DNA of 64,000 nt from Candidatus Zixiibacteriota bacterium (GCA_040753875.1 JBFMDV010000024.1:15970-79969); one strand, 5' to 3'; positions 8,729 through 18,175 are shown, numbered from the stretch's first letter. Translations and numbers: made by a program. Notes: generated by a model from the letters alone, not told the origin.

Positions 8729-10136
8729 ACCGAATGATACACAGAGCACAATCGACCTGGTACGATTTCCATCGTTCGCTTCTGACCGTGGCTGGCGTTA
8801 CTGGCTGAACCCGCGGAATCTCTGGGCGGCCCGCTATCAGCGACTCCGCGCCGATTACTCCATCGACTGGCGCCGCGCCTATCCGTACGACATGATCCCA
8901 TCCGAGTTTTGCGACATCAATGGCCCCGGCACCCGCTCGACTCCATTCGCAGCGCTCCTGGGCGGCGAACGACGGAAGTTCCGCTTCCTCGTTCTGGGGG
9001 ACACGGGTGAAGGGGACCGCTCACAATACTGTCTGCTTCCGCTCATCCATGCGCTCGCGCCCGATTTCATGATCATCAACGGTGACGTCGCCTACCCCGC
9101 GGGGCGTTTCGGTCCCGACCGGAACAGCGATGATTACCTCGCGGGGTTCTTCGAGCCGTATCGCGGTCTGGACATCCCGATCTGGGCGGTCCCGGGGAAC
9201 CACGAATACTACTCGGACAGAAAGGGCCAGGAGTTTTTCGAGTTGTTCTGCACCAGAGCGCGGGAACGGGACTGGGCACAGTACGGGCTGCGCCTCATCC
9301 CCCAACCCGGAACATACTGGGAGCTGAAAGACGCAAAATTGAGAAACGACCTCGTGGTGATCGGGATCGATTCCGGGCGCGGCGCCAATCTCGATGGACA
9401 TCACTCGTGGTGGCAGGTGTGGAAACGCCGTGAATCGCCGGATCGGGAACAGTTGAGCTGGCTCTGTGACCGACTCGGCCAGGCGGAGATCGATGACCAG
9501 CGTGTCATCGTCATGTTTCACATTCCGGCGCTCGTGAACGAACGGGACAAGTCGGACATCCACCTCGGCGAACTGCACAAGATGTTGGCCGCGTTTTCGT
9601 GCGTCAGACTGGTCATCACCGCCCATACGCACAACTACCAGCAGTATGGACCGAGCGTATTTGGTGATTACCTGAAGAGAGTCCATGGAACTGCGTTCGA
9701 GACCGAACCGCCCCACTATATCATGTCAGGCAGGGGCGGCGCATATCTGAACGCCACTGATTTTGATGACGGACAGTTCCGATCTGACTTCAGGTATCCG
9801 ACCAAGAAGCAATGGGGAGACAGAATGAAAAATCTCTCGATTCTTCCGCACGTCCAGCAACTCGAAAAGAGCATGGTGGGGCGGATGGTGGCTCTGTTCG
9901 ACCGCGACTCGATCTACGATATGGATACTGAAGAATTCCTGAGCATGCTTCTGGTGGATGTCGACCGGACCCAGCCAACTACCAGCGTCACTGTCACGCC
10001 GGTATGCCTCGACGGACTTTCGGTACTGTACGGTGAGAACCCGACGACTGATATCGACATCACCGACCCGAACCCGCCGCTTCTGTCCGGGGCGTTGAAC
10101 AAGTGTTTGCGTAACGAGTTTGCCATCACGATTTGA
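8715..10136 (+). CDS. calcineurin-like metallophosphoesterase
   Basis: The motifs FLVLGDTGEG, INGDVAYP, VPGNHEYY and ITAHTHNY form the canonical MPE metal-binding set. A GTG start with GGAG 7 nt upstream overlaps the preceding gene by 14 nt. Confidence 0.85.
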   Translation: MPVPEPNDTQSTIDLVRFPSFASDRGWRYWLNPRNLWAARYQRLRADYSIDWRRAYPYDMIPSEFCDINGPGTRSTPFAALLGGERRKFRFLVLGDTGEGDRSQYCLLPLIHALAPDFMIINGDVAYPAGRFGPDRNSDDYLAGFFEPYRGLDIPIWAVPGNHEYYSDRKGQEFFELFCTRARERDWAQYGLRLIPQPGTYWELKDAKLRNDLVVIGIDSGRGANLDGHHSWWQVWKRRESPDREQLSWLCDRLGQAEIDDQRVIVMFHIPALVNERDKSDIHLGELHKMLAAFSCVRLVITAHTHNYQQYGPSVFGDYLKRVHGTAFETEPPHYIMSGRGGAYLNATDFDDGQFRSDFRYPTKKQWGDRMKNLSILPHVQQLEKSMVGRMVALFDRDSIYDMDTEEFLSMLLVDVDRTQPTTSVTVTPVCLDGLSVLYGENPTTDIDITDPNPPLLSGALNKCLRNEFAITI

Positions 10137-10147
10137 GAGGAAATAGT

Positions 10148-11284
10148 ATGCCCGACCAGGAATACCCGATTGTCGATATGCATTTTCACGTCGGCCTCGT
10201 TGGCGACACGTGGCCACATTTGGGACGAATGTCGCACGAATATCGCTCCCTCCCTGTGTACAAGATATTCCTGCTCTATGCCCATGTGGAGGAAGATCAG
10301 GTGTGCGATGCGGTGTTGAAGGAAAAAACGCTGGAAGTCATCAATTCGAGTGGCGTCGACAAGGTAGTCTGCCTGGCTCTCGATCCGGTCTGCACGGAGG
10401 CCGGGCAACGCGCTGAGTCTCGTTCTCATCTGTGGGTTGACAACGAGTACGTGATCGAGCTTCGAAACGAACTCGAGGACAGAATACTGCTGGGGGCATC
10501 GGTGCATCCGTATGACCTGCAGTTCAAAGAGCGGGTGAAGCAGTATGTCGACAAGGGTGCGGTGCTTCTGAAATGGCTGTCATCGGCGCAGCAGATCGAT
10601 CTGGCGCATCCGAAAGTAGGCGATGCTCTTGAGTTTCTCGCTACGGTCAAACCTGGCGGCAAGCCGCTTCCGCTGCTGTTGCATTGCGGACCGGAATATG
10701 CTATTCCCTCGACCGACTCTCGAACAACGTCGTTCGATTATCTTCACTGGTCCACGTGGGACAGTGTGGTCAATTTCTTTCGTTTCAGTAAGAAATGGCA
10801 CAAGCCGGACATTCCGAGGATTGTGCAGAATCTCGAACGGGGGCTGACGGCCGGTGCGGTGATTAGTTTCGCCCACTGCGGACTCCCTTATTTCTTTGGA
10901 GGTGTGTTGGGAGGATTGTTCGAACATTCGGAATTTGACCAGGTTGCCGAACTTCTGAGGCGTACGGCTGCCGGTGAATTCCAGGGAAAATGTCTTGCCG
11001 ACATTTCTGCCCTCGCTACCCCGCTCCGAAAGAACTATTTCTCGAAAGTGCGCACGCTGCCGCAGGAGCTGCTATTATACGGCAGTGATTTCCCGACCCC
11101 GGTGTTTGAACTTTCAGCCGATGCCGGTGAGATGATTGAAGATCTGCGAGCGGTGCTGGACGGTCACCTTGACCGGATAGCGATTCCGCAGGATAATCTA
11201 TTGGACGTGAATTTGCGCGAATTGCGAAACGCGTTTCCCGGTAGCCCGGTGTTCACCAATTTCGCCAGACACGGATTCGTATGA
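10148..11284 (+). CDS. amidohydrolase-family (TIM-barrel metal-dependent hydrolase, Amidohydro_2-like) protein
   Basis: IVDMHFHVG lies near the N-terminus, with later HCG and LLYGSDFP motifs. ATG at 10148 is preceded by GAGAGG. The track start at 10133 overlaps the upstream stop. Confidence 0.7.
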   Translation: MPDQEYPIVDMHFHVGLVGDTWPHLGRMSHEYRSLPVYKIFLLYAHVEEDQVCDAVLKEKTLEVINSSGVDKVVCLALDPVCTEAGQRAESRSHLWVDNEYVIELRNELEDRILLGASVHPYDLQFKERVKQYVDKGAVLLKWLSSAQQIDLAHPKVGDALEFLATVKPGGKPLPLLLHCGPEYAIPSTDSRTTSFDYLHWSTWDSVVNFFRFSKKWHKPDIPRIVQNLERGLTAGAVISFAHCGLPYFFGGVLGGLFEHSEFDQVAELLRRTAAGEFQGKCLADISALATPLRKNYFSKVRTLPQELLLYGSDFPTPVFELSADAGEMIEDLRAVLDGHLDRIAIPQDNLLDVNLRELRNAFPGSPVFTNFARHGFV

Positions 11285-11297
11285 AGGATGGGTGGCG

Positions 11298-12239
11298 CTA
11301 CGCGGCGAGCACGCCAAGGACGATCGAATTGAATTTGCTGGTCGTGGTGTCACTTCGAGAACCGAGAGCGATCGGCACTTTGCCTCCCACGATCACACCT
11401 CCCATTTCGCACTCGCCATAGAGCGCCATCGCTTTGTAGATGCCGTTGGCAGTCTCGATATTCGGCGCCAGCAGAGCATCGGCCTGCCCCGCTACCGGTG
11501 AGTATTTGACCCCCTTGGAGTGAGCAGCAAACATATCAACAGCGCAGTCGAGTGACAGCGGACCATCGATAATCGCGTCCTTAATCTGGCCTCGCTCCGC
11601 CATCTTGGATATGACTGCGGCTTCCATCGTGACCGGCATCTGCGGATAGACGACCTCCACCGCCGCCAGCAGGGCGATACGCGGATTCACGATACCGATA
11701 CTCCTGGCTACTCGCACCACATTGCCGATAAGCGCCAGCTTGTGCTGCAGATCCGGTTCGATCATAACGGCAGGATCGGTGACCATGAGGAGTTTCTTGT
11801 ATCGCTCCGGTTTCGTCACGGCCACGTGCGAAACGAAACTGCCTTTGCCGACAAACCGCATCTCGTGACGAAAGAGTATGCTCAGCAGTTCCGCCGTGAG
11901 AATCTTACCCTTGACGATCAGGTCGATCTCCCCTTGAGCGGCAAGGTCGGCAGTGGTCAGTACGGCTTTGTACATGTCCGGGACATCGAAGACCCTGGTC
12001 GGTGTGACGTCCACTTGTTGCTGAGTGCACTGTGCTCGGAATGCAGCTGCATCACCGATGATCGTCAGTTCGATCAAGCCGTCGTGGACAGCGCGCTCGC
12101 ACGCAGCCAGCATGTTTTCGTCGGTCGGCGCGACAAACGCCACGCGAGTCAGAGCGGTCCGTGACACTTTATCGCGGGCACGCGCCACGACCTGTTGATA
12201 CGACCGTATCTCCGGCAGATACATTTCCGGCAGGGTCAT
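11298..12239 (-). CDS. phosphate acyl(butyryl/acetyl)transferase family protein, paralog 2
   Basis: PTA_PTB family pattern (VAFVAPTDENMLAACERAV...IVKGKILTAELL...DPAVMIEPDL...IALLAAVE). I use the internal ATG at 12239, which forms an ATGA overlap with the stop of the upstream paralog. Confidence 0.8.
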   Translation of the reverse strand: MTLPEMYLPEIRSYQQVVARARDKVSRTALTRVAFVAPTDENMLAACERAVHDGLIELTIIGDAAAFRAQCTQQQVDVTPTRVFDVPDMYKAVLTTADLAAQGEIDLIVKGKILTAELLSILFRHEMRFVGKGSFVSHVAVTKPERYKKLLMVTDPAVMIEPDLQHKLALIGNVVRVARSIGIVNPRIALLAAVEVVYPQMPVTMEAAVISKMAERGQIKDAIIDGPLSLDCAVDMFAAHSKGVKYSPVAGQADALLAPNIETANGIYKAMALYGECEMGGVIVGGKVPIALGSRSDTTTSKFNSIVLGVLAA

Positions 12240-13198
12240 TTGCCCCTCCCTTGCCACAACTGGTGTTGCTGATAATAGTCGGCAATGACGCACGCAAGGG
12301 CCAATGACGCTTTCTTGTTCTTGACCGTATCGGTGCGTGAAACGAGCGACACCGGCACCCTCGCGCCCATGATAACGCCCGCAAATACCGCCTGCGCGAA
12401 CTGGATGAGTGCTTTGGCGACAATGTTCCCTTCTTCAATACTGTCCACCAGATAGATGTCGGCATCGCCGATCACAGGTCCGCTTGCTTTCTGAATCTCA
12501 GCGGCCCGCTTTGAAGTGGCCAGATCAAACGACAGCGGTCCCTGTATCGCGATGTCGGCCATCCGCTCGATGGCCGGTTGGATGATGTTGTCCATGTCCG
12601 AGAGCGTGTGCGGCATCCGTTCGGACAACCGGTCGGTGGCCGCCGAGAGTGCAACCTTCACCGGTGACAAGCCCAGTGCTCTGCCCACCATCACGGCATT
12701 CTCGAGGATCTGGAATTTCTGTTCGTGATCCGGCCTTACCACCATGCCGCCGTCGGTGAAATTCAGAAGCTTATGGTAGCCGGGAATATCGAGAACCGCA
12801 CAGTGCGACAAGGTGTTCTCGCCGCGCAGACTATATTGCTTGTCGAGCACCACTTTGAGGAGCGCTGAGGTGGGCAGAAACCCCTTCATGATGGCATCGG
12901 CGCCCCCCTCCGAGGCAATGGTAACCGCAGCGTGCGCCGCAGCGCCGACATCGGTCTTGTCGATCAACTCCAAATGGTCAATCGAGATCCCCTGTTCTCC
13001 TGCCAGTTTGCGAATGAGTTCCGCATCGCCGACCAGGATGCCCTGCAGGAAACCGTGGGCTTCGGCTTGGGACATGGCATCGATAACGTCGATGTCTTGC
13101 GCAGCAGCCACCACGACGCGTTTCTTCCGTCCTTCGCGGGCAATAGCGATCGCGCGCTCGATGAGCTGATCTGAAGAGTGAATCGGCTGAGCTGTCAC
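12236..13198 (-). CDS. ptb: phosphate butyryltransferase family protein, paralog 1
   Basis: The stretch VVVAAAQDIDVIDAMSQA...DAIMKGFLPTSALLKVVL...FTDGGMVVRPD...VALSAATD is a typical Ptb/PTA_PTB pattern. The gene lies directly downstream of buk. Confidence 0.8.
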   Translation of the reverse strand: MTAQPIHSSDQLIERAIAIAREGRKKRVVVAAAQDIDVIDAMSQAEAHGFLQGILVGDAELIRKLAGEQGISIDHLELIDKTDVGAAAHAAVTIASEGGADAIMKGFLPTSALLKVVLDKQYSLRGENTLSHCAVLDIPGYHKLLNFTDGGMVVRPDHEQKFQILENAVMVGRALGLSPVKVALSAATDRLSERMPHTLSDMDNIIQPAIERMADIAIQGPLSFDLATSKRAAEIQKASGPVIGDADIYLVDSIEEGNIVAKALIQFAQAVFAGVIMGARVPVSLVSRTDTVKNKKASLALACVIADYYQQHQLWQGRGK

Positions 13199-13226
13199 TT
13201 GAACTGACTCGGTATCTCGGTCATAT

Positions 13227-14318
13227 CTAATACGACTTCAACTGCTCCTGGCCGGTGAGGAACCTTACCCCCGCCGCCGCCAGAGCTTCCATCTCGAATT
13301 CGCCCGGTCTCACGACAATGCGTCCCAGGAACCCGCAGTATTTATGGATCTCCGTGACCAACCGCACCGAGTGAGCCATCCCGCCGGTGAGAATGATCGA
13401 TTCGTAACTTCCTTTGAGGACGGTCGCGGCCGCACCGATCTCTTTGGCGATCTGGTACGCCATGGCAGTGAAATAAAGGAGCGCCCGTTTGTCCCCCCGG
13501 TCGATCATCTTTTCGACTTCACGGAGATCAGCCTGGCCTACGTATGCCACCAGTCCCGATTGTTTCGACAGTTTATCGGTCAACTGCTTTTCGGTGTACG
13601 TTCCTGAGAAGCAGAGTTTGACCAGGGCTCCGATCGGCAGTGCTCCCGCCCGATCGGGCGAGAACGGACCCATACCGAGGAGACCGTCGTTGACGTCAAC
13701 AATCCTTCCCCTCTCCAATGCAGCCACGGAGATACCCCCCCCCATGTGAGCGCAGACGTAACTGACCTCCTCAAGCCGCTTCCCCTCTTTCTGGGCCTCA
13801 CGCCGACAAACCTCTTTGATATTCAGCGCGTGCGCTCGGCATTTCCGTTCAATCTCAGGCATGCCGCTGACACGGGCGATCTCGGTGAAATTGTCTGTGG
13901 TTATGGGGTCGGCTATCAACGACGGCACGCCATAACGCGTCGCGAGGTGATGTGCGATGATCGCACCGAGATTTGAGGCATGATTCGAGTATCGCATCGA
14001 CTGAAGATCTGACAGCATCTGTCCGGAGATGGCGTATGATCCCCCTTCAAGCGGCTTGCTCGGAGCGCCTCGACCCACCACGGCCTTGATCTGCCCCGCT
14101 TCAAGCTGAAGGGATGTTATCCACGCATCGATTGCCCGCATCCGAAAATCAAACTGGTCCGCTACATTGTCAAAGCTCGCCAGTTCTTTCGGATCATGAC
14201 GGACCACCTCTTCTGAGACCATCCGGTCGCCGTCGAACAGCGCCACTTTCGTCGAAGTGGAGCCCGGATTGACTATCAGTAGAAACTGCGACACTGGAGT
14301 TTTACGCCTTGACTGCAC
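13227..14318 (-). CDS. buk: butyrate (short/branched-chain acyl) kinase
   Basis: LIVNPGSTSTKVALF, CAHMGGGISV and the overall 363-aa ASKHA-fold pattern fit butyrate kinase. The start is uncertain (GTG at 14318 or GTG at 14294). Confidence 0.85.
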   Translation of the reverse strand: MQSRRKTPVSQFLLIVNPGSTSTKVALFDGDRMVSEEVVRHDPKELASFDNVADQFDFRMRAIDAWITSLQLEAGQIKAVVGRGAPSKPLEGGSYAISGQMLSDLQSMRYSNHASNLGAIIAHHLATRYGVPSLIADPITTDNFTEIARVSGMPEIERKCRAHALNIKEVCRREAQKEGKRLEEVSYVCAHMGGGISVAALERGRIVDVNDGLLGMGPFSPDRAGALPIGALVKLCFSGTYTEKQLTDKLSKQSGLVAYVGQADLREVEKMIDRGDKRALLYFTAMAYQIAKEIGAAATVLKGSYESIILTGGMAHSVRLVTEIHKYCGFLGRIVVRPGEFEMEALAAAGVRFLTGQEQLKSY

Positions 14319-14904
14319 TCAGAGAGATATCGCGGCCCCGTTTGAACGCGGTGATATTTATGTCAACCAGTTTCGGCTTGACCTTGCTCTTGATAGTCTC
14401 GATCCACAGGTCATAATCAAAGCTCATGTAGTTGGAAAGAATACCAAGCAAGATGGTGTTAACCAATCTGGGGTTTCCCAGTTCACCGGCGATCTTGTCG
14501 GCCTCGACGCCGATAACCCGGTTGAGTTTCTTCTTCATCTCGGCTACGGCGTCCAGCGGATAGTGGTATTTCCTGGACGATGTCACGATTGCTGGAATGA
14601 GTGTGGTGCGCGAGACGATCGCGATCCCGCCTTTCTTAAGCCAGGTGATGGCACGAAGTCCCTCCGCCTGCTCGAATGACAGCAGGATGTCTGCCTGTCC
14701 TTCCTGAATCGTCGGAGAATAGACTTTGGGAGCGATTCGGACGTGTGAACTGACGACTCCACCCCGCTGGGACATACCATGAATCTCCGACTTCTTAACA
14801 TCAAAGCCGGCCGACATCGCCGCCTCGGAAAGTATCTCGGAGGCGAGAAGTACGCCCTGACCACCGACACCGACGATCAAAATGTCATATGAGTTGTCAT
14901 TCAT
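14302..14904 (-). CDS. iorB: indolepyruvate:ferredoxin oxidoreductase subunit beta
   Basis: YDILIVGVGGQGVLLASEIL...HGMSQRGGVVSSHVRI is the IorB/POR-gamma-type signature. The gene is adjacent to iorA. Confidence 0.85.
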   Translation of the reverse strand: MNDNSYDILIVGVGGQGVLLASEILSEAAMSAGFDVKKSEIHGMSQRGGVVSSHVRIAPKVYSPTIQEGQADILLSFEQAEGLRAITWLKKGGIAIVSRTTLIPAIVTSSRKYHYPLDAVAEMKKKLNRVIGVEADKIAGELGNPRLVNTILLGILSNYMSFDYDLWIETIKSKVKPKLVDINITAFKRGRDISLSAVKA

Positions 14905-14911
14905 ATCGCAC

Positions 14912-16690
14912 CTATGCTTTCACGTACTGGCTCTTGAGGATGATGGCTTCTGGCGGACAGACCTGGGCACACAGCGTACAGCCGGTGCACAGTGTCTCGT
15001 CGATGACTGCCTTGGGATGCCCGTGCTTGTTGGTCTCACTCGACGCCGCAATAGCCGGGCAGGAGATACGGAAACAGGCGCTACAGGCAGTGCAGAGGTC
15101 GAGGTCGACCACGTACGGTTCGTCCATGATGCGAACCGGCATGAGCACGCACGGACGTGACGTTATGATGACCGATGGCCCCGGGCGCTGCATCTCCTCG
15201 GAGATCATGTGTAATGCGGCATCGTAATTGTAGGCGTCCAACTCCCGCACACTCTCTACGCCAAGTGCTTTGCAGAGATTGACAAGATTGAGTCTTGACG
15301 TCGGCTCTCCCATGAGCGTCTGGCCGGTCGCCGGGTGCTGCTGCCCGCCGGTCATGGCAGTGGCGCGATTATCCAGAATTATGACCGTGACATTACTCTT
15401 GTTGTAGACGGCGTCAAGCAGACCGGTAATGCCTGAGTGGACGAAGGTCGAATCGCCGATAACAGCGACCGTTCCTTTCTCGGAGCCTTTCACCTTCTCC
15501 ATGCCAATGGCATTTCCTATCGAAGCCCCCATGCAGATGCAGGTATCCAGTGCATTCAGCGGTTCCATCACACCGAGCGTGTAACAGCCAATATCACCGG
15601 TGACAGCGACACCGAGTTTCTTGAGCGCCATGAACGCCCCGCGATGAGGACAGCCGGGACACAGCACTGGCGGACGAGGGAACATCTCATCGACCGAGAT
15701 GGTCGGTGTCTCCACTCGGTCAAGCACTCCGGTCTCTTTGAGCCCTTGTGCCACTCGAAACGGGGACAGTTCGCCCAGCCGGCCGAAGTATCTCTTGCCT
15801 TCGACTTTTAGTCCCACGGCTTTGATCTGGTCCTCATAAAACGGCTCCAGTTCTTCGATAACAAACACGCGTTCGTGGCCATTAACGAACTGCTCGATCT
15901 TCCTCATTGGGAGCGGATATCCCATCCCGAGTTTCAGATAATCGAGGTCGGGTGCAATCTCCTTGGCATATTGATACGCCACGCCGCCTGTGATAATGCC
16001 AATCCGAGAACCATTAAGCTCAACCGTATTGAACCGGGTCTCTTCGGCAAAGCGCGCCAGTTTCTCCAGCCGTTGGTCAACCACCACATGCCGCTTGCGC
16101 GCATTCGATGGAATCATCACGTACTTTGAGGGATCCTTCACGAACCGCTTGTCGGGGCCGTGAACTGTCTCGCCCAGCTCCACGATACCTTTTGAGTGCG
16201 AGATACGAGTCACCATTCGAAGCATCACCGGTGTGTCGAACAGCTCGGACATTTCGTAGGCGGTTATCAGCATGTCCTTGGCTTCCTGGCTATCCGACGG
16301 CTCCAGAAACGGGATCTGACCAAATCGGGCAAAAAAGCGGTTATCCTGCTCGTTTTGGGAAGAATGCATCTCGGGGTCATCGCACGATACGATGACGAAC
16401 CCGCCGTTGACACCAGTATAGGTGAAAGTCATAAACGGGTCAGCGGCGACATTCAGACCGACATGTTTCATGGTCACCAGGGCGCGTCCGCCCCCTATCG
16501 AGGCTCCGATGCCGACCTCGAACGCGACCTTCTCGTTGGGGGACCACTGCGAATAAATAGAGGGGAATCGTTCGGCCAGTGTTTCCAGAATTTCAGTGGA
16601 GGGGGTACCAGGGTATGAGGCCGCCAGCGCAACTCCGGCCTCATATGCACCGCGTGCGACCGCTTCGTTGCCGGACAATAATTCTCTCAT
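14912..16690 (-). CDS. iorA: indolepyruvate:ferredoxin oxidoreductase subunit alpha
   Basis: The N-terminus is MRELLSGNEAVARGAYEAGVALAASYPGTPSTEI. A TPP-binding region (GDSTFVHSG) is present. The C-terminus carries two 4Fe-4S ferredoxin motifs (CTACSACFRISCP, CTGCTLCAQVCP). Confidence 0.9.
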   Translation of the reverse strand: MRELLSGNEAVARGAYEAGVALAASYPGTPSTEILETLAERFPSIYSQWSPNEKVAFEVGIGASIGGGRALVTMKHVGLNVAADPFMTFTYTGVNGGFVIVSCDDPEMHSSQNEQDNRFFARFGQIPFLEPSDSQEAKDMLITAYEMSELFDTPVMLRMVTRISHSKGIVELGETVHGPDKRFVKDPSKYVMIPSNARKRHVVVDQRLEKLARFAEETRFNTVELNGSRIGIITGGVAYQYAKEIAPDLDYLKLGMGYPLPMRKIEQFVNGHERVFVIEELEPFYEDQIKAVGLKVEGKRYFGRLGELSPFRVAQGLKETGVLDRVETPTISVDEMFPRPPVLCPGCPHRGAFMALKKLGVAVTGDIGCYTLGVMEPLNALDTCICMGASIGNAIGMEKVKGSEKGTVAVIGDSTFVHSGITGLLDAVYNKSNVTVIILDNRATAMTGGQQHPATGQTLMGEPTSRLNLVNLCKALGVESVRELDAYNYDAALHMISEEMQRPGPSVIITSRPCVLMPVRIMDEPYVVDLDLCTACSACFRISCPAIAASSETNKHGHPKAVIDETLCTGCTLCAQVCPPEAIILKSQYVKA

Positions 16691-16766
16691 AAGGGAGTCA
16701 CTCTATAGAAAAACATGTCATTTCCAACCCATCGTCCGTCACAGGGGATTCCTGTGTGAAGTTTTT

Positions 16767-16797
16767 CACAAAAAATACCGTCCGAGAACGCGGACGG
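16767..16797 (-). terminator. intrinsic-terminator-like hairpin inside the iorA 5' leader (candidate attenuator)
   Basis: On the minus-strand RNA, CCGUCCG-cguucu-CGGACGG is followed directly by UAUUUUUUGUG. It lies about 80-100 nt upstream of the iorA ATG (16690). No minus-strand gene ends immediately upstream. Confidence 0.45.
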
Positions 16798-16946
16798 CAA
16801 GGGGTATTTTTACTGCACCATAAGCATAACAGTCTTCAGTAGGTCAAAACCCCAACGATGCAATTCCGTCGGAAGGGGTTTTGACGATTGACGGCTCAGA
16901 GACGAGCGCAAAACAGGCAATTTTGTGGCCTTGAACAAGAAGGGTG

Positions 16947-16975
16947 TGGACATCGTAAGTCTACCTTTCTATACT
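16947..16975 (+). promoter_or_regulatory. sigma-70-like promoter candidate for the 17009 gene
   Basis: TGGACA-N17-TATACT, with the -10 element ending about 34 nt upstream of the ATG at 17009. Confidence 0.35.
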
Positions 16976-17008
16976 GGCGGTCAGCCGTTGACCATAGAAA
17001 GGAGCCGA

Positions 17009-17344
17009 ATGAACTACCTACACAACTGGTTCAATCTGAAGGAAAGTTACAAAGATCTTGAGTTTTGCGACGCCCTCAACAAGTACTTGGGTTTATTGAA
17101 GAGCAAGGGGCTGATCGAGGGATTTAGGTTGACTCGCAGGAAGTTCGGCTTTGGGCCGGAGGGGATCGGTGAGTTCCATGTTGTCATCGAGACGACCGAC
17201 CTGGCACAACTCGATTCAGCTTTTAATCTGGTCGCCACGCGAAGCGGCGAGACCGAGGATGCACATCGCGGTGTCTGGTCGGCCGTCAAGGACCTGAAGG
17301 TTGCTCTGTACCGGGACTTCCCCGACCCACAGAGAGTGCAGTGA
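17009..17344 (+). CDS. small conserved hypothetical protein (111 aa)
   Basis: ATG at 17009 is preceded by AAAGGAG. The sequence MNYLHNWFNLKE...GLIEGFRLTRRKFGFGPEGIGEFHVVIET..LAQLD.AF resembles a widespread uncharacterised small alpha/beta family. The track start at 16925 is probably over-extended. Confidence 0.55.
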   Translation: MNYLHNWFNLKESYKDLEFCDALNKYLGLLKSKGLIEGFRLTRRKFGFGPEGIGEFHVVIETTDLAQLDSAFNLVATRSGETEDAHRGVWSAVKDLKVALYRDFPDPQRVQ

Positions 17345-17397
17345 AGTGTTGACAGACTCGGGGAATATCGGGTCAAATAGCGAATGCTACAGGCTAA

Positions 17398-17943
17398 TCA
17401 TGCCACTGCCTTCACAGCCAACCCGATCAGGATGAGCCCTCCGATCACGCCGGCTGTCCGGCTGAATCTGAGTCCGACAATGCGGCCAAAAGCCAGTCCC
17501 ACGATGGTCATGGCAGCAGCCACTACGCCGATCAACAGAGCGGGATTGAGAATCTGAACCCCGACCAGCGCCAGCGACAATCCGGCCGCCAGGGCGTCGA
17601 CCGAGGTTGCCAGCATAAGCAGAATCAGGCTGGCTCCCCGAGTGGGGTCCCCTTTCCAGTGATGATCTTCGTGGTGTAATTGCTCCCCGATCAGGCGTAC
17701 GCCGATCACCAGTAGTACTGCCGCAGCCAGCCAGTCTCCGAGATCCCCAACCACGAGGTTTACATACTCCCCCGCATACCAGCCAACGAGCGGCATACCA
17801 AACTGAGCAAATCCGAAATGCCAGGACAGCCGAAAAATGGTCCACCGGTCGAGCTCACCCAGCTTTATCCCCACCGCCACCGCTACCGCAAATGCATCAA
17901 AGGCCAGCGCAAAAGCCAAGGCTATAATATCGTGAAGGTGCAA
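17398..17943 (-). CDS. mntP: manganese efflux pump MntP
   Basis: 181 aa with six hydrophobic segments and the duplicated DAFAV motif (ALAFDAFAVAVAVG ... ATSVDALAAGLSL) typical of the MntP/YebN family. The ORF track start is TTG. Confidence 0.85.
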   Translation of the reverse strand: MHLHDIIALAFALAFDAFAVAVAVGIKLGELDRWTIFRLSWHFGFAQFGMPLVGWYAGEYVNLVVGDLGDWLAAAVLLVIGVRLIGEQLHHEDHHWKGDPTRGASLILLMLATSVDALAAGLSLALVGVQILNPALLIGVVAAAMTIVGLAFGRIVGLRFSRTAGVIGGLILIGLAVKAVA

Positions 17944-18103
17944 CGGTCCGGTGCCTTCTTAACCCATTGATCCATAAGCCAATAAAAGCTCACGGAAGTA
18001 AACGTTTGGGCTATGCTCAGGCAAGTGGCAGTTGAGGAAAAATATCACAAAGAGGAAACTGGACAAAGGAACTAAACTTTCCGAGAAATAGTTACATAGA
18101 TAG

Positions 18104-18132
18104 TTTACAAAGAGGTAAAGATTTTGTATATT
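18104..18132 (+). promoter_or_regulatory. sigma-70-like promoter candidate for the Rrf2-suf operon
   Basis: TTTACA-N17-TATATT lies in an AT-rich stretch, with the -10 element ending about 44 nt upstream of the Rrf2 ATG. Direct repeats ATAGTTACA / ATAGTTTACA overlap the -35 and could be an operator. Confidence 0.45.
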
Positions 18133-18175
18133 CGCGGGTAGAAAGAATGAGCGTCAAGATGAGAGAATTGGAGCT

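Noticed and set aside
17944-18100. Possible yybP-ykoY Mn2+ riboswitch in the 5' region of mntP
   Set aside because: I read the minus-strand leader and found none of the conserved yybP-ykoY elements. There is no GGGGAGUAG-type core and no four-way-junction-like paired segments. Only an Infernal scan could fully exclude it.
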